Shown here: positions 1-9,675 of the stretch, one piece after another
How positions within the stretch are numbered: the stretch's first letter is position 1
Layout of the letters: the number at the start of each line of letters is the position of its first letter
Source: an uncultured Clostridia bacterium
Lineage (GTDB): Bacteria; Bacillota; Clostridia; TANB77; CAG-508
Assembly (NCBI GenBank): GCA_934169725.1
Contig: CAKPOF010000002.1
Coordinates: forward strand, 73,986-137,985
DNA length: 64,000 nucleotides
Direction of reading: 5' to 3'
The notes under the pieces: generated by a model
Database searches by the model: none
Seen by the model: only the letters and a program-made list of their open reading frames with translations
What the model was told of the DNA's origin: nothing
Made by a program: the position numbers and the translations under genes

Positions 1-335
1 AAGACCCAGTATCATTAGAAACACCAATAGGTGAAGAAGATGACAGCCATTTAGGAGATTTTATACAAGATGATGATAGTCCTGCACCACAGGATTCAGC
101 AGCATATACAATGCTTAGAGAACAGTTAGAAGAAGTAATGAATACATTAACACCAAGAGAAGCAAAAGTATTGAAATTAAGATTTGGATTAGAAGATGGA
201 AAAACAAGAACATTGGAAGAAGTAGGAAGAGAATTCCAAGTAACAAGAGAAAGAATAAGACAAATAGAAGCAAAAGCATTAAGAAAATTAAGACACCCTA
301 GTAGAAGCAAAAAATTAAGAGACTATATGGGATAA
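1..335 (+). CDS. sigA: RNA polymerase sigma-70 (RpoD/SigA) C-terminal portion; 5' end is outside the window
   Basis: In-frame translation from pos 3 gives ...[21 protein letters not shown]...[16 protein letters not shown]...[31 protein letters not shown], the sigma-70 region 3/4 signature. Confidence 0.9.
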   Translation, partial: DPVSLETPIGEEDDSHLGDFIQDDDSPAPQDSAAYTMLREQLEEVMNTLTPREAKVLKLRFGLEDGKTRTLEEVGREFQVTRERIRQIEAKALRKLRHPSRSKKLRDYMG

Positions 336-356
336 AATCTTATACTTGAGAAAGGA

Positions 357-1436
357 ATGGAATATAATATGGAACAATTATTAGAGTTTTGTGAAAGACT
401 AACATCGGTACAATTAATAGATATTGCGATTGCAATAGGTATTATAATTGTATGTAAACTTCTTAGTTCTCCGCTTTCATATATAATTATAAGAATATTT
501 AAAATAAAAAGTAAAAAATCAAAAGATATAAAAGAAAGTGCTTTCTTTAAGCCATTAAAACTATTTTTCGTAATATTAGGTGTATATTTAGCAGTTGTAT
601 TTTTAAAAGCACCACTTCAAATAGATTCTTATGTTATGAACATAGTTACAAAGATATTTAAAATAATAAGTGTAATAGAATTCTCACAAGGATTGGCAAA
701 TAGCTTTACATCAAATTCAACATTAGCTAGGAAAATGCAAAAAAGCTTAGACGAAAAAGTAGATGATGCAATGTTTGACTTTGTACTAAAAATAATAAGA
801 ATTGTTATATATATAATAGCAATATTCTTAGTGTTATCTATTTTAGAAATAAACTTAACAGGTTTAGTTGCAGGAGTTGGACTAAGTGGAGTAATAATAA
901 CATTAGCAGCTCAAGATACTGCAAAAAATCTATTTGGAGGACTAGTAATATTTTTGGATAAACCATTTATTGTTGGAGATTGGATTCAAATGGGAAATTA
1001 TGAAGGAACAATAGAAGATATAACATTTAGAACTACAAGAGTAAGAACATTTGAAAATGCTTTAGTAAATATTCCAAATGCAATAATAGCAGATGCATCA
1101 GTTACAAATTGGAGTAAAATGGAGAAAAGAAGATATAAAACAAATTTATGTGTTGAACTAGATACACCATTAGAAAAATTACAAATTTTAAAAACAAGAA
1201 TTGAGAATATGTTACAAGAAAGAGAAAGTGTATATGATGAGTCAATTATAGTAAAATTTGATAAAATAGAAGATAATGGAATAAATGTATTAATTTATAC
1301 ATATACTAATTCTGTTAATTATCCAAGCTATTTATCAGAAGTAGAAGATATTAATATGAAAATTATTAAAATTTTAAGAGAAGAAAAAATTGAATTAGCA
1401 TATGATACAAAAACAGTTCATGTAAAAAATAATTAA
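357..1436 (+). CDS. MscS-family mechanosensitive ion channel (start may be 369)
   Basis: TM helices followed by the conserved MscS beta-domain GDWIQMGNYEGTIEDITFRTTRVRTFENALVNIPNA. Confidence 0.85.
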   Translation: MEYNMEQLLEFCERLTSVQLIDIAIAIGIIIVCKLLSSPLSYIIIRIFKIKSKKSKDIKESAFFKPLKLFFVILGVYLAVVFLKAPLQIDSYVMNIVTKIFKIISVIEFSQGLANSFTSNSTLARKMQKSLDEKVDDAMFDFVLKIIRIVIYIIAIFLVLSILEINLTGLVAGVGLSGVIITLAAQDTAKNLFGGLVIFLDKPFIVGDWIQMGNYEGTIEDITFRTTRVRTFENALVNIPNAIIADASVTNWSKMEKRRYKTNLCVELDTPLEKLQILKTRIENMLQERESVYDESIIVKFDKIEDNGINVLIYTYTNSVNYPSYLSEVEDINMKIIKILREEKIELAYDTKTVHVKNN

Positions 1437-1446
1437 ATATAGTAAA

Positions 1447-1488
1447 AAGATTAGTTGGAATTTTTATAACGACTAATCTTTTTTTCTT
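1447..1488 (+). terminator. Rho-independent terminator after the MscS gene
   Basis: Stem aagattagt / actaatctt followed by a T-run. Confidence 0.6.
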
Positions 1489-1600
1489 ACATTGGTGTCG
1501 CAATCTATTAATGTTTAATTGATAGTAGATTGTTCCAAATCGCATTCACTAAAGTTCGCTTGATCGCTTATGTGGTATTTCAAAAATAATATATATTGAG
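1486..1600 (+). repeat. Intergenic repeat element, copy 1 (core plus right TIR; left TIR replaced by the upstream terminator)
   Basis: cttacattggtgtcgcaatctattaatg...ttaattgatagtagattg...tccaaatcgcattcactaaagttcgcttgatcgcttatgtggtatttcaaaaataatatatattgag; aligns with copies at 4140, 11514, 56609 and 63364. Confidence 0.8.
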
Positions 1601-1714
1601 CTTTTTGAGATAAAATATTGAATTTTAGAAATTTATTAAAATTTTGTTCACAATATAGACATAAAACCAAAGTATAATATATAATAAAGTTAGTAAAATT
1701 TAGGAGTGATAAAA

Positions 1715-2392
1715 ATGCTAAATAGTTGTGTTTTAATTGTTGATGATGAACAAAGAATGAGAAAATTAATACGAGATTTTTTAACGGCAAAAGGTTTTAG
1801 CATATTAGAGGCTGAAGATGGAGAAAAAGGTTTAGCTGTATTTGAAGAAAATAAAAATAATATTAATTTAGTTCTTTTAGATGTAATGATGCCTAAATTA
1901 GATGGTTGGTCTGTGTTAAGACAAATAAGGCAAGAATCAAATGTTCCAGTAATTATGCTAACAGCTAGAGGAGAAGAACAAGATGAATTATTTGGATTTG
2001 AATTAGGTGTGGATGAATATATATCTAAACCATTTAGTCCCAAAATTTTGGTTGCCAGAGTTGAAGCAATTTTAAAGAGAACAAAAAAAGATGAAAAAGA
2101 AATTAAAGACTATGGTGGTATAGAAATAGATAAAGAAGGCAGAACAGTAAAAATAGATGGAAAATTGATAGAGTTAAGTCTAAGAGAGTATGAGCTTTTA
2201 ACATATCTTGTAGAAAATGAAAATATAGCATTATCAAGAGATAAAATATTAAATAATGTATGGAATTATGATTATTATGGAGATTCTAGAACAATAGATA
2301 GTCATATAAAAAAAATAAGACACAAATTGGGTAAAAAAGGAAAATATATTCAAACAATGAGAGGTGTGGGGTATAAATTCGAAGTAAAGTAG
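1715..2392 (+). CDS. OmpR-family response regulator (receiver plus winged-helix)
   Basis: LIVDDEQRMRKL...LLDVMMPKLDGW receiver motifs and C-terminal trans_reg_C RTIDSHIKKIRHKL...MRGVGYKF. RBS taggag sits 8 nt before the ATG at 1715. Confidence 0.85.
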   Translation: MLNSCVLIVDDEQRMRKLIRDFLTAKGFSILEAEDGEKGLAVFEENKNNINLVLLDVMMPKLDGWSVLRQIRQESNVPVIMLTARGEEQDELFGFELGVDEYISKPFSPKILVARVEAILKRTKKDEKEIKDYGGIEIDKEGRTVKIDGKLIELSLREYELLTYLVENENIALSRDKILNNVWNYDYYGDSRTIDSHIKKIRHKLGKKGKYIQTMRGVGYKFEVK

Positions 2393-2404
2393 GATTTTGT
2401 TAAT

Positions 2405-3910
2405 ATGAAAGGTAAAATGAAAAAAATAAAACATGCATTAAAATCTGTAAGAGTAAAATTATTTTTAATGTTATCATTGGTAATATTATTAATTATAATA
2501 TTTTTAATATTAGTAAATAATTTTGTATTTGGACAATTTTATTTATATAGTAAAACTAAAGACTTGGAAAAAGTATATATAGCTATAAATGAGTATTATA
2601 ATAATTCTAATAAGATTGATATTAATTCAGAGTTAGAAAAGATTGCTGTTAGAAATAATTTTGATATTTTAATAAAAAATGATGAGAATATAAATGTATT
2701 TACATCAAATAAAGATTTTTTATCAACATTTGGAGAAATGAATGCAATTAGAAATATAAAAAATAATGGTCAATTAATAGAACAGAATAATAATTTTGTA
2801 ATAAAAAAATTAAAGGATAATAAAACTGGAGTGTCATATATATTATTATACGCTAATTTAGACAATGGATATCTATTGTATATTAGAATACCAGTTTCAT
2901 CAATTGAAGAAAGTGTAAAAATATCTAATAATTTCTTGTATTTAATAGCAGGATTTACAATTTTAATTTCAGCTGTTATTGTGTCTTTTGTAAGCAGAAA
3001 ATTTACAGAACCAATATTAGAATTAAATACAATTGCAAAAAATATGTCTAATTTAGATTTTAGTCATAAATATAGAATTACAGATGCAGATGACGAGATA
3101 AATAATTTAGGAAAAAGCATTAATGTTATGTCTAGCAAATTAGAAAAAACAATAAAACAGTTAAGAAGTACAAATATTGAACTTGAAAGAGATATTGAGG
3201 AAAAATCAAAATTAGATGAAATGAGAAAAAGCTTTATTTCAGATGTTTCTCATGAACTAAAAACACCAATTGCATTAATTCAAGGATATAGTGAAGGATT
3301 GCTTGAAAATGTAAATACAGATGAAGAAAGTCGAAAATTTTATGCAGAAGTAATTTTAGATGAAACCAATAAAATGGATAAACTTGTAAAACAATTATTA
3401 GAACTAATGAAACTAGAATATGGAAAAAGAGAGTTTAATGACAAAGAGTTTAATATTGTTGAATTAGAAAAAGAAGTTATAAGAAAATCTAAAGTAATGT
3501 TACAAGAAAAAGAAGTTGAAGTAGAGCTTGAATCACCAGAAGAAATTAATGTAATAGCAGATGATTTTTATATTGAACAGGTAATAACAAACTATGTAAC
3601 TAATGCTATAAAACATGTTGAAGAAAAAGATGAAAAAAAGAAAATAATAATAACAAATTATGTGGATGTTGAAAAAAATAAAGTAAGAGTTAAAGTATAT
3701 AACACAGGTGAAAATATTGACGAAGAAGACTTGGTAAGAGTATGGAATAGATTTTACAAAGTTGATGAATCAAGAAATAGAGCTGATGGTGGAACAGGTA
3801 TAGGTTTATCATTTGTCAAAGCAATAATGACAAATTACAAAAATGAATATGGAGTTGTAAATAAAGAAAATGGAGTTGAATTTTATTTTGATTTAAATTT
3901 AAAAATATAA
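2405..3910 (+). CDS. Sensor histidine kinase partner of the response regulator
   Basis: N-terminal TM, HisKA SHELKTPIALIQGY, and HATPase_c motifs NAIKH...GGTGIGLSFVKAI. Confidence 0.85.
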   Translation: MKGKMKKIKHALKSVRVKLFLMLSLVILLIIIFLILVNNFVFGQFYLYSKTKDLEKVYIAINEYYNNSNKIDINSELEKIAVRNNFDILIKNDENINVFTSNKDFLSTFGEMNAIRNIKNNGQLIEQNNNFVIKKLKDNKTGVSYILLYANLDNGYLLYIRIPVSSIEESVKISNNFLYLIAGFTILISAVIVSFVSRKFTEPILELNTIAKNMSNLDFSHKYRITDADDEINNLGKSINVMSSKLEKTIKQLRSTNIELERDIEEKSKLDEMRKSFISDVSHELKTPIALIQGYSEGLLENVNTDEESRKFYAEVILDETNKMDKLVKQLLELMKLEYGKREFNDKEFNIVELEKEVIRKSKVMLQEKEVEVELESPEEINVIADDFYIEQVITNYVTNAIKHVEEKDEKKKIIITNYVDVEKNKVRVKVYNTGENIDEEDLVRVWNRFYKVDESRNRADGGTGIGLSFVKAIMTNYKNEYGVVNKENGVEFYFDLNLKI

Positions 3911-3923
3911 AAATAAATAGAAA

Positions 3924-3955
3924 ATAGCAATTTGATTATGAATTGCTATTTTTTA
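3924..3955 (+). terminator. Rho-independent terminator after the histidine kinase
   Basis: atagcaatt...aattgctat followed by tttttt. Confidence 0.6.
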
Positions 3956-4139
3956 ATGATATATTAATAAAATTATACATTATGTTGCCTACAAAAATAA
4001 AAATTATCCTAGAGTTTACTACTCTAGGACAACTTTTCTAATTAAAAGTATAACAATAAAAATATGTAATATCAAGAGTTTTATTGAAAAATAATATAGG
4101 GTTATAGAAATTTTCTCTAAAAATAAATAATTATGTTTT

Positions 4140-4277
4140 AAATTCAATAAATATTATTTTTCATACCTTGGTGTCGCAATCTATTAATTAAAAATTAATA
4201 GTAGATTGCTCCAATCGCACTCACTAGCGTTCGTTTGATCGCTTACGCGGTATTTCAAAATAATATTTATTGAATTT
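4140..4277 (+). repeat. Intergenic repeat element, copy 2 (full, with both TIRs)
   Basis: TIR aaattcaataaatattattttt / caaaataatatttattgaattt bracket cataccttggtgtcgc, the hairpin caatctattaat..attaatagtagattg, and tccaatcgcactcactagcgttcgtttgatcgcttacgcggtat. Confidence 0.8.
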
Positions 4278-4463
4278 TTATAATTTAGTTTTATATAAAA
4301 AAATTCCTAGAGTAGTAAACTAAAAGAAAAATAAAATAAAACACTATAACATATCAATTTAATACTTGCAAAAATATAAAATACAAGTATATAAAAAAAT
4401 TAGTTGTAAATAATAATACTAGGATATTGAATTATCAAATAGAACAATTGGGGGAAACAAAAG

Positions 4464-5810
4464 ATGGTAAAAAATAAAAATAGTAAAATAAAAGAAAAAA
4501 TGAAAAGAAGAAATGGTATAACATTAATAGCGTTAGTTATAACTATAATAGTACTTTTAATATTAGCAGGAGTAACAATTGCAAGTATAACAGGAGAGAG
4601 TGGTATATTAAATAAGGCAACAAATGCGAGAGATAATAATGCAAAAGCATCAGCAGAAGAAAGAATAGAAATAGAAGTATTAGGAAGTTATGATAATAAT
4701 GGAAATTTAAGTTTGGATAACTTAAATAATAATTTAAAAAATGTGGATGGTTTAAAATATAATGGAGATGTAATATCAGCTAGTAATAAAATAGAAAGTT
4801 TACCAGTTACAGTAAATATAGATGGATATGATGTAGTAATAACTAAACAAGGAGATATAGAAAAACCAAAAACATTAGGAGATGCAAAATCTGAGGATAT
4901 GCTAACTAAAAGTGAAAATACACTAGTAAATGTATCAGATAAAACAGTAAAAATTCCAGCAGGATTTAAAGTAGCAGATGATAGTGAGACAACAATAGAT
5001 GAAGGAATAGTAATAGAAGATAGTAAAAAGAATCAATTTGTATGGATACCTGTAAGTAGAGAAAATTTTGAAACAAATTTTGTCAGAAGAGAAGGATATT
5101 ATAATGGTAATCTACAAGATATTTCTAATTATGGAGAAGCAGATACTACAGGGGTAAATAAAAAAGTTACGGAAACAAAAACAACACAGGAAGAGGCTAA
5201 AAACATGTATGCAAGTGTAAAAAGAAATGAAGGATTTTATATAGCAAGATATGAGGCTGGAAAAGATGATGAAGGAAATGTAGTATTTAAAAAAGGAGTG
5301 GATGTATATAATTATATACCATGGTCTGCAAATGGAAAAATGCAAGAAACTACAGGAACAGCAGGAGGAGCTATAGAATTAGCGAGAAATTTTGCAAATG
5401 CAAATAATTATAAGACAGTCACAAGTACATTAGGTTATGGAGTGCAATGGGATGCTGTAATGAAATGGATAGAAAATGTAAATAATCCAAATGTAGAAGG
5501 AAAAACTTGTATACAAGATAGTACTGAAATTGGATGGTATAGTGATAATTATGGAGGAAATCTACAAAAAACAGGAACAGATATAAGAGAAGAAAATAAA
5601 GGTTCAAATCAAGTAAAAAAAATATACGACCTTGCAGGAAATGTTTGGGAATGGACAATGGAATCTTATTATGCTAATGACAGAGTTTATAGGGGAGGTT
5701 CTTGTTATGATGTTGGCTCTAAACTACCAATTTCTAGTCGTTGCAATTACATTCCTTCTGGTAGTCATTCAAATGTTGGTTTTCGTACCACTTTATTTTT
5801 AAATAGCTAA
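4464..5810 (+). CDS. Prepilin-like N-terminal (class III signal-like) protein with a C-terminal FGE-sulfatase/C-type-lectin-fold domain
   Basis: N-terminus MKRRNGITLIALVITIIVLLILAG (prepilin-like, Ala at +5). C-terminus DLAGNVWEWTMESYYANDRVYRGGSCYDV...SRCNYIPSGSHSNVGFRTTLFL matches the FGE/DUF323 WEW...RGGS...GFR pattern. Confidence 0.7.
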   Translation: MVKNKNSKIKEKMKRRNGITLIALVITIIVLLILAGVTIASITGESGILNKATNARDNNAKASAEERIEIEVLGSYDNNGNLSLDNLNNNLKNVDGLKYNGDVISASNKIESLPVTVNIDGYDVVITKQGDIEKPKTLGDAKSEDMLTKSENTLVNVSDKTVKIPAGFKVADDSETTIDEGIVIEDSKKNQFVWIPVSRENFETNFVRREGYYNGNLQDISNYGEADTTGVNKKVTETKTTQEEAKNMYASVKRNEGFYIARYEAGKDDEGNVVFKKGVDVYNYIPWSANGKMQETTGTAGGAIELARNFANANNYKTVTSTLGYGVQWDAVMKWIENVNNPNVEGKTCIQDSTEIGWYSDNYGGNLQKTGTDIREENKGSNQVKKIYDLAGNVWEWTMESYYANDRVYRGGSCYDVGSKLPISSRCNYIPSGSHSNVGFRTTLFLNS

Positions 5811-6260
5811 ATATAAAATGATTTGGGTGGCAATAGTGAGAAGTGGTTAAAAATAGAATATTAATAATTTTATATGATGTTGACAGAATTTGAAATAAAA
5901 TCAAGTAATGCAATGGAAAATGTAATCAGTAATATATTAACCTATTAAATAAAAAAGTAAAAATATTTCATAAAAATAGCCTTGAATTAAAAAAAAGATC
6001 AAGGTTATTTTTAGGTTATTTTTTGAGAATTATACAAATAAACAAGGTATAAAAATTCCAGATAGTGTTTGATAATGTCGAATTTTGCGATGAAAAATTC
6101 TTTACAAATCAAATAAAATGTATTAGTATATATGCATAACATGTTATAAATTTTTATTTTATTATTAGTTAAAAGTTTAAAATCCAAATTTTAATATCAT
6201 TAATTTCAATTTATAATATATAAAATTATTTCTAATTAATTCAATATATTTTAGGAAAGA

Positions 6261-6851
6261 GTGGTTAATATATATACCAGTAAGTTTATAAATATAATAT
6301 CTTTGATTATTACAATAATAATCTATTTAGTCATGAATTTTTTTATCAATCATGTAAATTTTAAAGTCAATAAAGTTAAATTTAATGCTGATTTTGTATC
6401 AGAAAAAACTATAAATCTAAACAATATTAATTCGGTAAATTCAAGTGAAAAAACTTTAGAACAAAATTTAATTGAAGAACAATGGTATATACAAATTGAC
6501 AAAATATCATTAAAAGCACCCATTGCAAAAGATACGACGAAAGATGTGTTGGAAAATTATGTAGGACATTTTAATGAAAGTCCGTTAGATAAAGGAAATA
6601 TATGTTTAGCTGCGCATAACAGAGGATACAAAAATAACTATTTTAATAGAATAAAAGAATTGAAAGAAGGAGATGAAATAAAATATGTATATAAAAATAT
6701 AGAAAGAACATATGAAGTAACGAAGCAAGAAATTATTAAAAACACGGATTGGGAAAATTTAGAAAACACGGAAGAAAATAAAATAACATTAATTACATGT
6801 GTGGAAAATGAACCTGATTATAGAAGGTGCATACAAGGAATAGAAAAATAA
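6261..6851 (+). CDS. Sortase-family transpeptidase (GTG start; start uncertain)
   Basis: N-terminal TM; catalytic-region motifs LAAHN...ITLITC (TLxTC); the Arg expected near the C-terminus is present. Confidence 0.75.
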   Translation: MVNIYTSKFINIISLIITIIIYLVMNFFINHVNFKVNKVKFNADFVSEKTINLNNINSVNSSEKTLEQNLIEEQWYIQIDKISLKAPIAKDTTKDVLENYVGHFNESPLDKGNICLAAHNRGYKNNYFNRIKELKEGDEIKYVYKNIERTYEVTKQEIIKNTDWENLENTEENKITLITCVENEPDYRRCIQGIEK

Positions 6852-6864
6852 AGGATGTGAAAAA

Positions 6865-8136
6865 TTGTATAAGAAAAAAGTAAAAGTAAAAATTATAAGT
6901 ATAATATTGATAATATTAAGTTTAAATAGTTTGAATTTTATAAATTCTGTAAAAGCAATTAGTGTTGATAATACTAATATAAACTCAGTAGAAGATTGCG
7001 GAGCATTACTAAAATATAAAGGAATGATAGTAAAAACATTTTATGCTGAATATACAGGAGAGGGAAAAAGATATCCAGCATATTGTTTAGACAAAACTAA
7101 AACAGGAGTATCTGATCAAAATCCATCATATTCTGTGTCTATTGAAAATGCAATAAATGATGTGAAATTATGGAGAATTTTAATAAATGGATATCCATAC
7201 AAGACAATAGAAGAATTAGGCGTAGCTAATAGAGAAGAAGCTTTTACTGCTACAAAACAAGCTGTATATACATATATTCATAATAATCAATTAGGTGATT
7301 ATGAGGCAATAGGAGAAGCTGGTAAAAGAACATTAAATGCGTTGTATAAAATAGTGAATAATGCAAATAATTCTAATGAAGTACAAATTTCTAATAGAAT
7401 AGATATTAGTAAGATTAAAGATGAATGGGAACAAGATAATGTACAATTAGAATATGTTTATAAAAAGTATAAAGTTACAGCAAATACTAGGATATCAAAC
7501 TATAAAGTAAAAATAGATATGGCAACAAAAGTTGAGGGTATAAAAATTGTAGATGAAAAAAATAATGAAAAGGAAGAATTTTTACCAAATGAAATTTTTA
7601 AAATATTAGTACCAATAAAAAATCTTAAAGAAGATGGAGAAATAAAAATAAGTATAGATACACAAGTAGAAACTAAACCGATATTATATGGTAGAGCCTC
7701 TAGTTCAAATTTACAAGATTATGCATTAACAGCATCAACATATGAAGATGGAAAAGGAGAAATATCAGATAAATACGGAAAAAATGAAACAAAAATTATA
7801 ATAATAAAACAAGATGAGAATACTGGAGAAAGAATAGAAGGAACAGAATTTCAAATATTAGACGAAAACAAAAATGTTTTATATACAAATTTAAAAACAG
7901 ATAAAGATGGAATAATTAAAGTTGAAAATTTAATACCAGGAAAATATTATATAAAAGAAACTAAAGCAAAAGATGGATATGAGTTATATAAAGATTTAAT
8001 TGAAGTAGATATAAGCTTAAATGAAGAGTTTTCTGTAAATGTAAATAATAGTAAAACAGAAAAACCAAGTATAGAAAAAATACAAGAAATAGAAGAAGTG
8101 AAAAATAAAAAAATATTACCAGTCACAGGAATGTAG
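6865..8136 (+). CDS. Secreted surface adhesin-like protein with a thioester-type domain, a CnaB-type domain and a C-terminal LPVTG
   Basis: Signal peptide; AYCLDKTK...TATKQAVYTY resembles the TED Cys/Gln motif pair; GTEFQILDENKNV...IPGKYYIKETKAKDGYEL resembles a CnaB/SpaA fold; ends KKILPVTGM followed by a stop. TTG start at 6865. Confidence 0.7.
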   Translation: MYKKKVKVKIISIILIILSLNSLNFINSVKAISVDNTNINSVEDCGALLKYKGMIVKTFYAEYTGEGKRYPAYCLDKTKTGVSDQNPSYSVSIENAINDVKLWRILINGYPYKTIEELGVANREEAFTATKQAVYTYIHNNQLGDYEAIGEAGKRTLNALYKIVNNANNSNEVQISNRIDISKIKDEWEQDNVQLEYVYKKYKVTANTRISNYKVKIDMATKVEGIKIVDEKNNEKEEFLPNEIFKILVPIKNLKEDGEIKISIDTQVETKPILYGRASSSNLQDYALTASTYEDGKGEISDKYGKNETKIIIIKQDENTGERIEGTEFQILDENKNVLYTNLKTDKDGIIKVENLIPGKYYIKETKAKDGYELYKDLIEVDISLNEEFSVNVNNSKTEKPSIEKIQEIEEVKNKKILPVTGM

Positions 8137-8213
8137 AAAAAAGTGTTATATGACAATGTTTTATATAAATTTGTTGTATAGCACTTTAATTATTAAATAA
8201 AAAATAAATCATT

Positions 8214-8250
8214 TTCATTTTCATACCTTGGTGTCGCAAATCACATATTA
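8214..8250 (+). repeat. Truncated repeat element (left end only), copy 3
   Basis: ttcataccttggtgtcgcaaatcacatattaaaatcat; the 3' conserved half is missing. Confidence 0.65.
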
Positions 8251-8341
8251 AAATCATATTTTTAACTTTTTAAAACTATTGAATAAAAAAGTAAATTTTG
8301 ATAGAATATATTGGAAAATAAAAAATAAGGGAGCGTAAAGA

Positions 8342-9661
8342 ATGTTTTCACAATTAATAATTCTAGTAATATTAATATTGTTAAATGCTTACTTTGCGGC
8401 AAGCGAAATAGCGTTTATATCACTAAATGATGCAAAGATAGAGAAACAAGCAAAAGAAGGAAACAAAAAGGCTAAACAAATAGAAAAAATGTTAAAAGAA
8501 CCAAGCAAGTTTTTGGCTACTATTCAAATAGGAATAACATTAGCAGGATTTTTATCAAGTGCTTTTGCTTCAGATACATTTGCTGATAAATTAGCACCAA
8601 TATTAAATAGTTATATTCCAGCAGTTAGTTTGGGAATATGGAAAAGTGTATCAATTATAGTTATTACAATTATATTATCATTTTTTACACTAGTATTTGG
8701 AGAATTAGTTCCAAAAAGATTAGCAATGAAACATTATGAAAAGATATCATATGCGACAATAGGTGTTATAAGAACAATTTCAATAATAACGGCACCATTT
8801 GTAAAATTATTAACAACTGTTACAAATGCTATTTCGAAAATTTTTGGAGTTGGAGAAAATGAAGAGGAAGCAGTAACAGAAGAAGAAATAAAAATGATGG
8901 TAAATCAAGGCGAAGAAAAGGGTACAATAAAAGAAGAGGAAAAAGAATTAATAAATAATGTATTTGAGTTTAATGATATTACAGTATCAGAAATAATGAG
9001 ACATAGAACTGATATGTTTGCGGTAGATATAAATATAAGCAACGAGGAATTGCTTTCAGAATTGTCAAAGGAAGAATATAGATATAGTAGAATACCAGTG
9101 TATGATGAAACAATAGATGAAATAAAAGGAATTATTTATATAAAAGATATATTAAAAAATATAAATAAGAAAAATTTTAAGGTTAAAAATATAGTAAAAG
9201 AAGCATACTTTATATCAAAAAGCAGATTAATAAATGAAGTTTTTAAAGAGTTACAAAAAAATAAGATGCAGATAGCAATCATAGTTGATGAATATGGCGG
9301 AACAGCTGGATTAGTAACAATGGAAGATATATTAGAAGAACTAGTTGGTGATATTTATGATGAATATGATAAAGAGGAAAAGGAATATGAAAAGATAGAT
9401 GAAAATACGTATATTTTATCAGGTAGTTTACCAATCCATGATGTTAATAAATTATTAAATGCAGAAATTCCAGAAGGAGATTATGATACTATATCAGGAT
9501 TTTTACAAGAAAAATTGGGAAGAATTCCAAATGATAAGGAAAAACCAATTATTGAAACTGAAAAAGTAACTTATAAAATACAAAAATATGAAGATAAAAG
9601 AATATTAAAAATAAAAGCGTGTAAAAATAACATAATAGAAATAGAAAAAAATGAAAAATAA
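8342..9661 (+). CDS. HlyC/CorC (CNNM) family transporter: DUF21 TM domain, CBS pair and CorC_HlyC
   Basis: N-terminal 4 TM; IMRHRTDMFAV, VDEYGGTAGLVTMEDILEELVG; C-terminal transporter-associated domain. Confidence 0.85.
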   Translation: MFSQLIILVILILLNAYFAASEIAFISLNDAKIEKQAKEGNKKAKQIEKMLKEPSKFLATIQIGITLAGFLSSAFASDTFADKLAPILNSYIPAVSLGIWKSVSIIVITIILSFFTLVFGELVPKRLAMKHYEKISYATIGVIRTISIITAPFVKLLTTVTNAISKIFGVGENEEEAVTEEEIKMMVNQGEEKGTIKEEEKELINNVFEFNDITVSEIMRHRTDMFAVDINISNEELLSELSKEEYRYSRIPVYDETIDEIKGIIYIKDILKNINKKNFKVKNIVKEAYFISKSRLINEVFKELQKNKMQIAIIVDEYGGTAGLVTMEDILEELVGDIYDEYDKEEKEYEKIDENTYILSGSLPIHDVNKLLNAEIPEGDYDTISGFLQEKLGRIPNDKEKPIIETEKVTYKIQKYEDKRILKIKACKNNIIEIEKNEK

Positions 9662-9675
9662 GGTAGGGAATTTAT

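Noticed and set aside
1515-2043. Minus-strand ORFs of 91 and 117 aa overlapping the response regulator gene
   Set aside because: They are antisense to a well-supported CDS and are low-complexity with no RBS. Many similar track ORFs (for example 16632-16889, 44191-44610, 50174-50419, 55531-55801) were rejected for the same reason.
4263-4463. c-di-GMP riboswitch upstream of the pilin-like gene, as seen for pilA genes in other clostridia
   Set aside because: No GEMM-I or GEMM-II conserved elements were recognisable. The region is low-complexity AT-rich sequence.
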